From Mobula birostris (lineage: Eukaryota): 64,000 nucleotides of DNA. Shown piece by piece: positions 63,999 to 64,000 of the stretch; within the stretch, counting starts at the first letter, position 1, and the number at the start of each line of letters is the position of its first letter. The notes beneath the pieces were generated by a model. That model was not told the origin of the DNA. It was given only the letters and a program-made list of their open reading frames with translations, and made no database searches. Location of the stretch: assembly GCF_030028105.1 (NCBI RefSeq), contig NC_092397.1, positions 27,743,097-27,807,096 of the forward strand. The letters run 5' to 3'. A program made the position numbers and the translations under genes.

Positions 63999-64000
63999 TT

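Overview
Vertebrate genomic DNA, most likely a cartilaginous fish such as a ray. This is inferred from the CR1/Rex-Babar/Penelope repeat landscape and the divergent H1 type. The left third (0.5-19 kb) is a decaying tRNA cluster with three intact-looking genes (Ser-AGA, Ala-TGC, iMet-CAT) and about nine pseudo-copies (Asn, Ser, Gly, iMet, Asp), partly built by an inverted duplication. The right end (49.5-64 kb) holds replication-dependent histone genes: H4(+), H3(+), H1(-), H2A(-) and H2B(-), each with a 3' stem-loop. There is also an H3 pseudogene at 25.3 kb and an orphan H4 3' end at 61.7 kb. Most of the rest is nested, decayed transposons: CR1, Rex-Babar, Nimb/I, R4/Dong, Penelope with hammerhead-ribozyme motifs, Tc1 and a solo LTR. 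The most unusual object is a 22 x 27-bp CpG-dense array (44761-45354) 4 kb upstream of H4. One frame reads as a 54% Arg+Lys protamine-like polypeptide but lacks an in-frame ATG. Two motif-rich Pol II promoters with no visible coding gene lie at 19.4 and 31.2 kb. Repeat boundaries are approximate and were read by eye.
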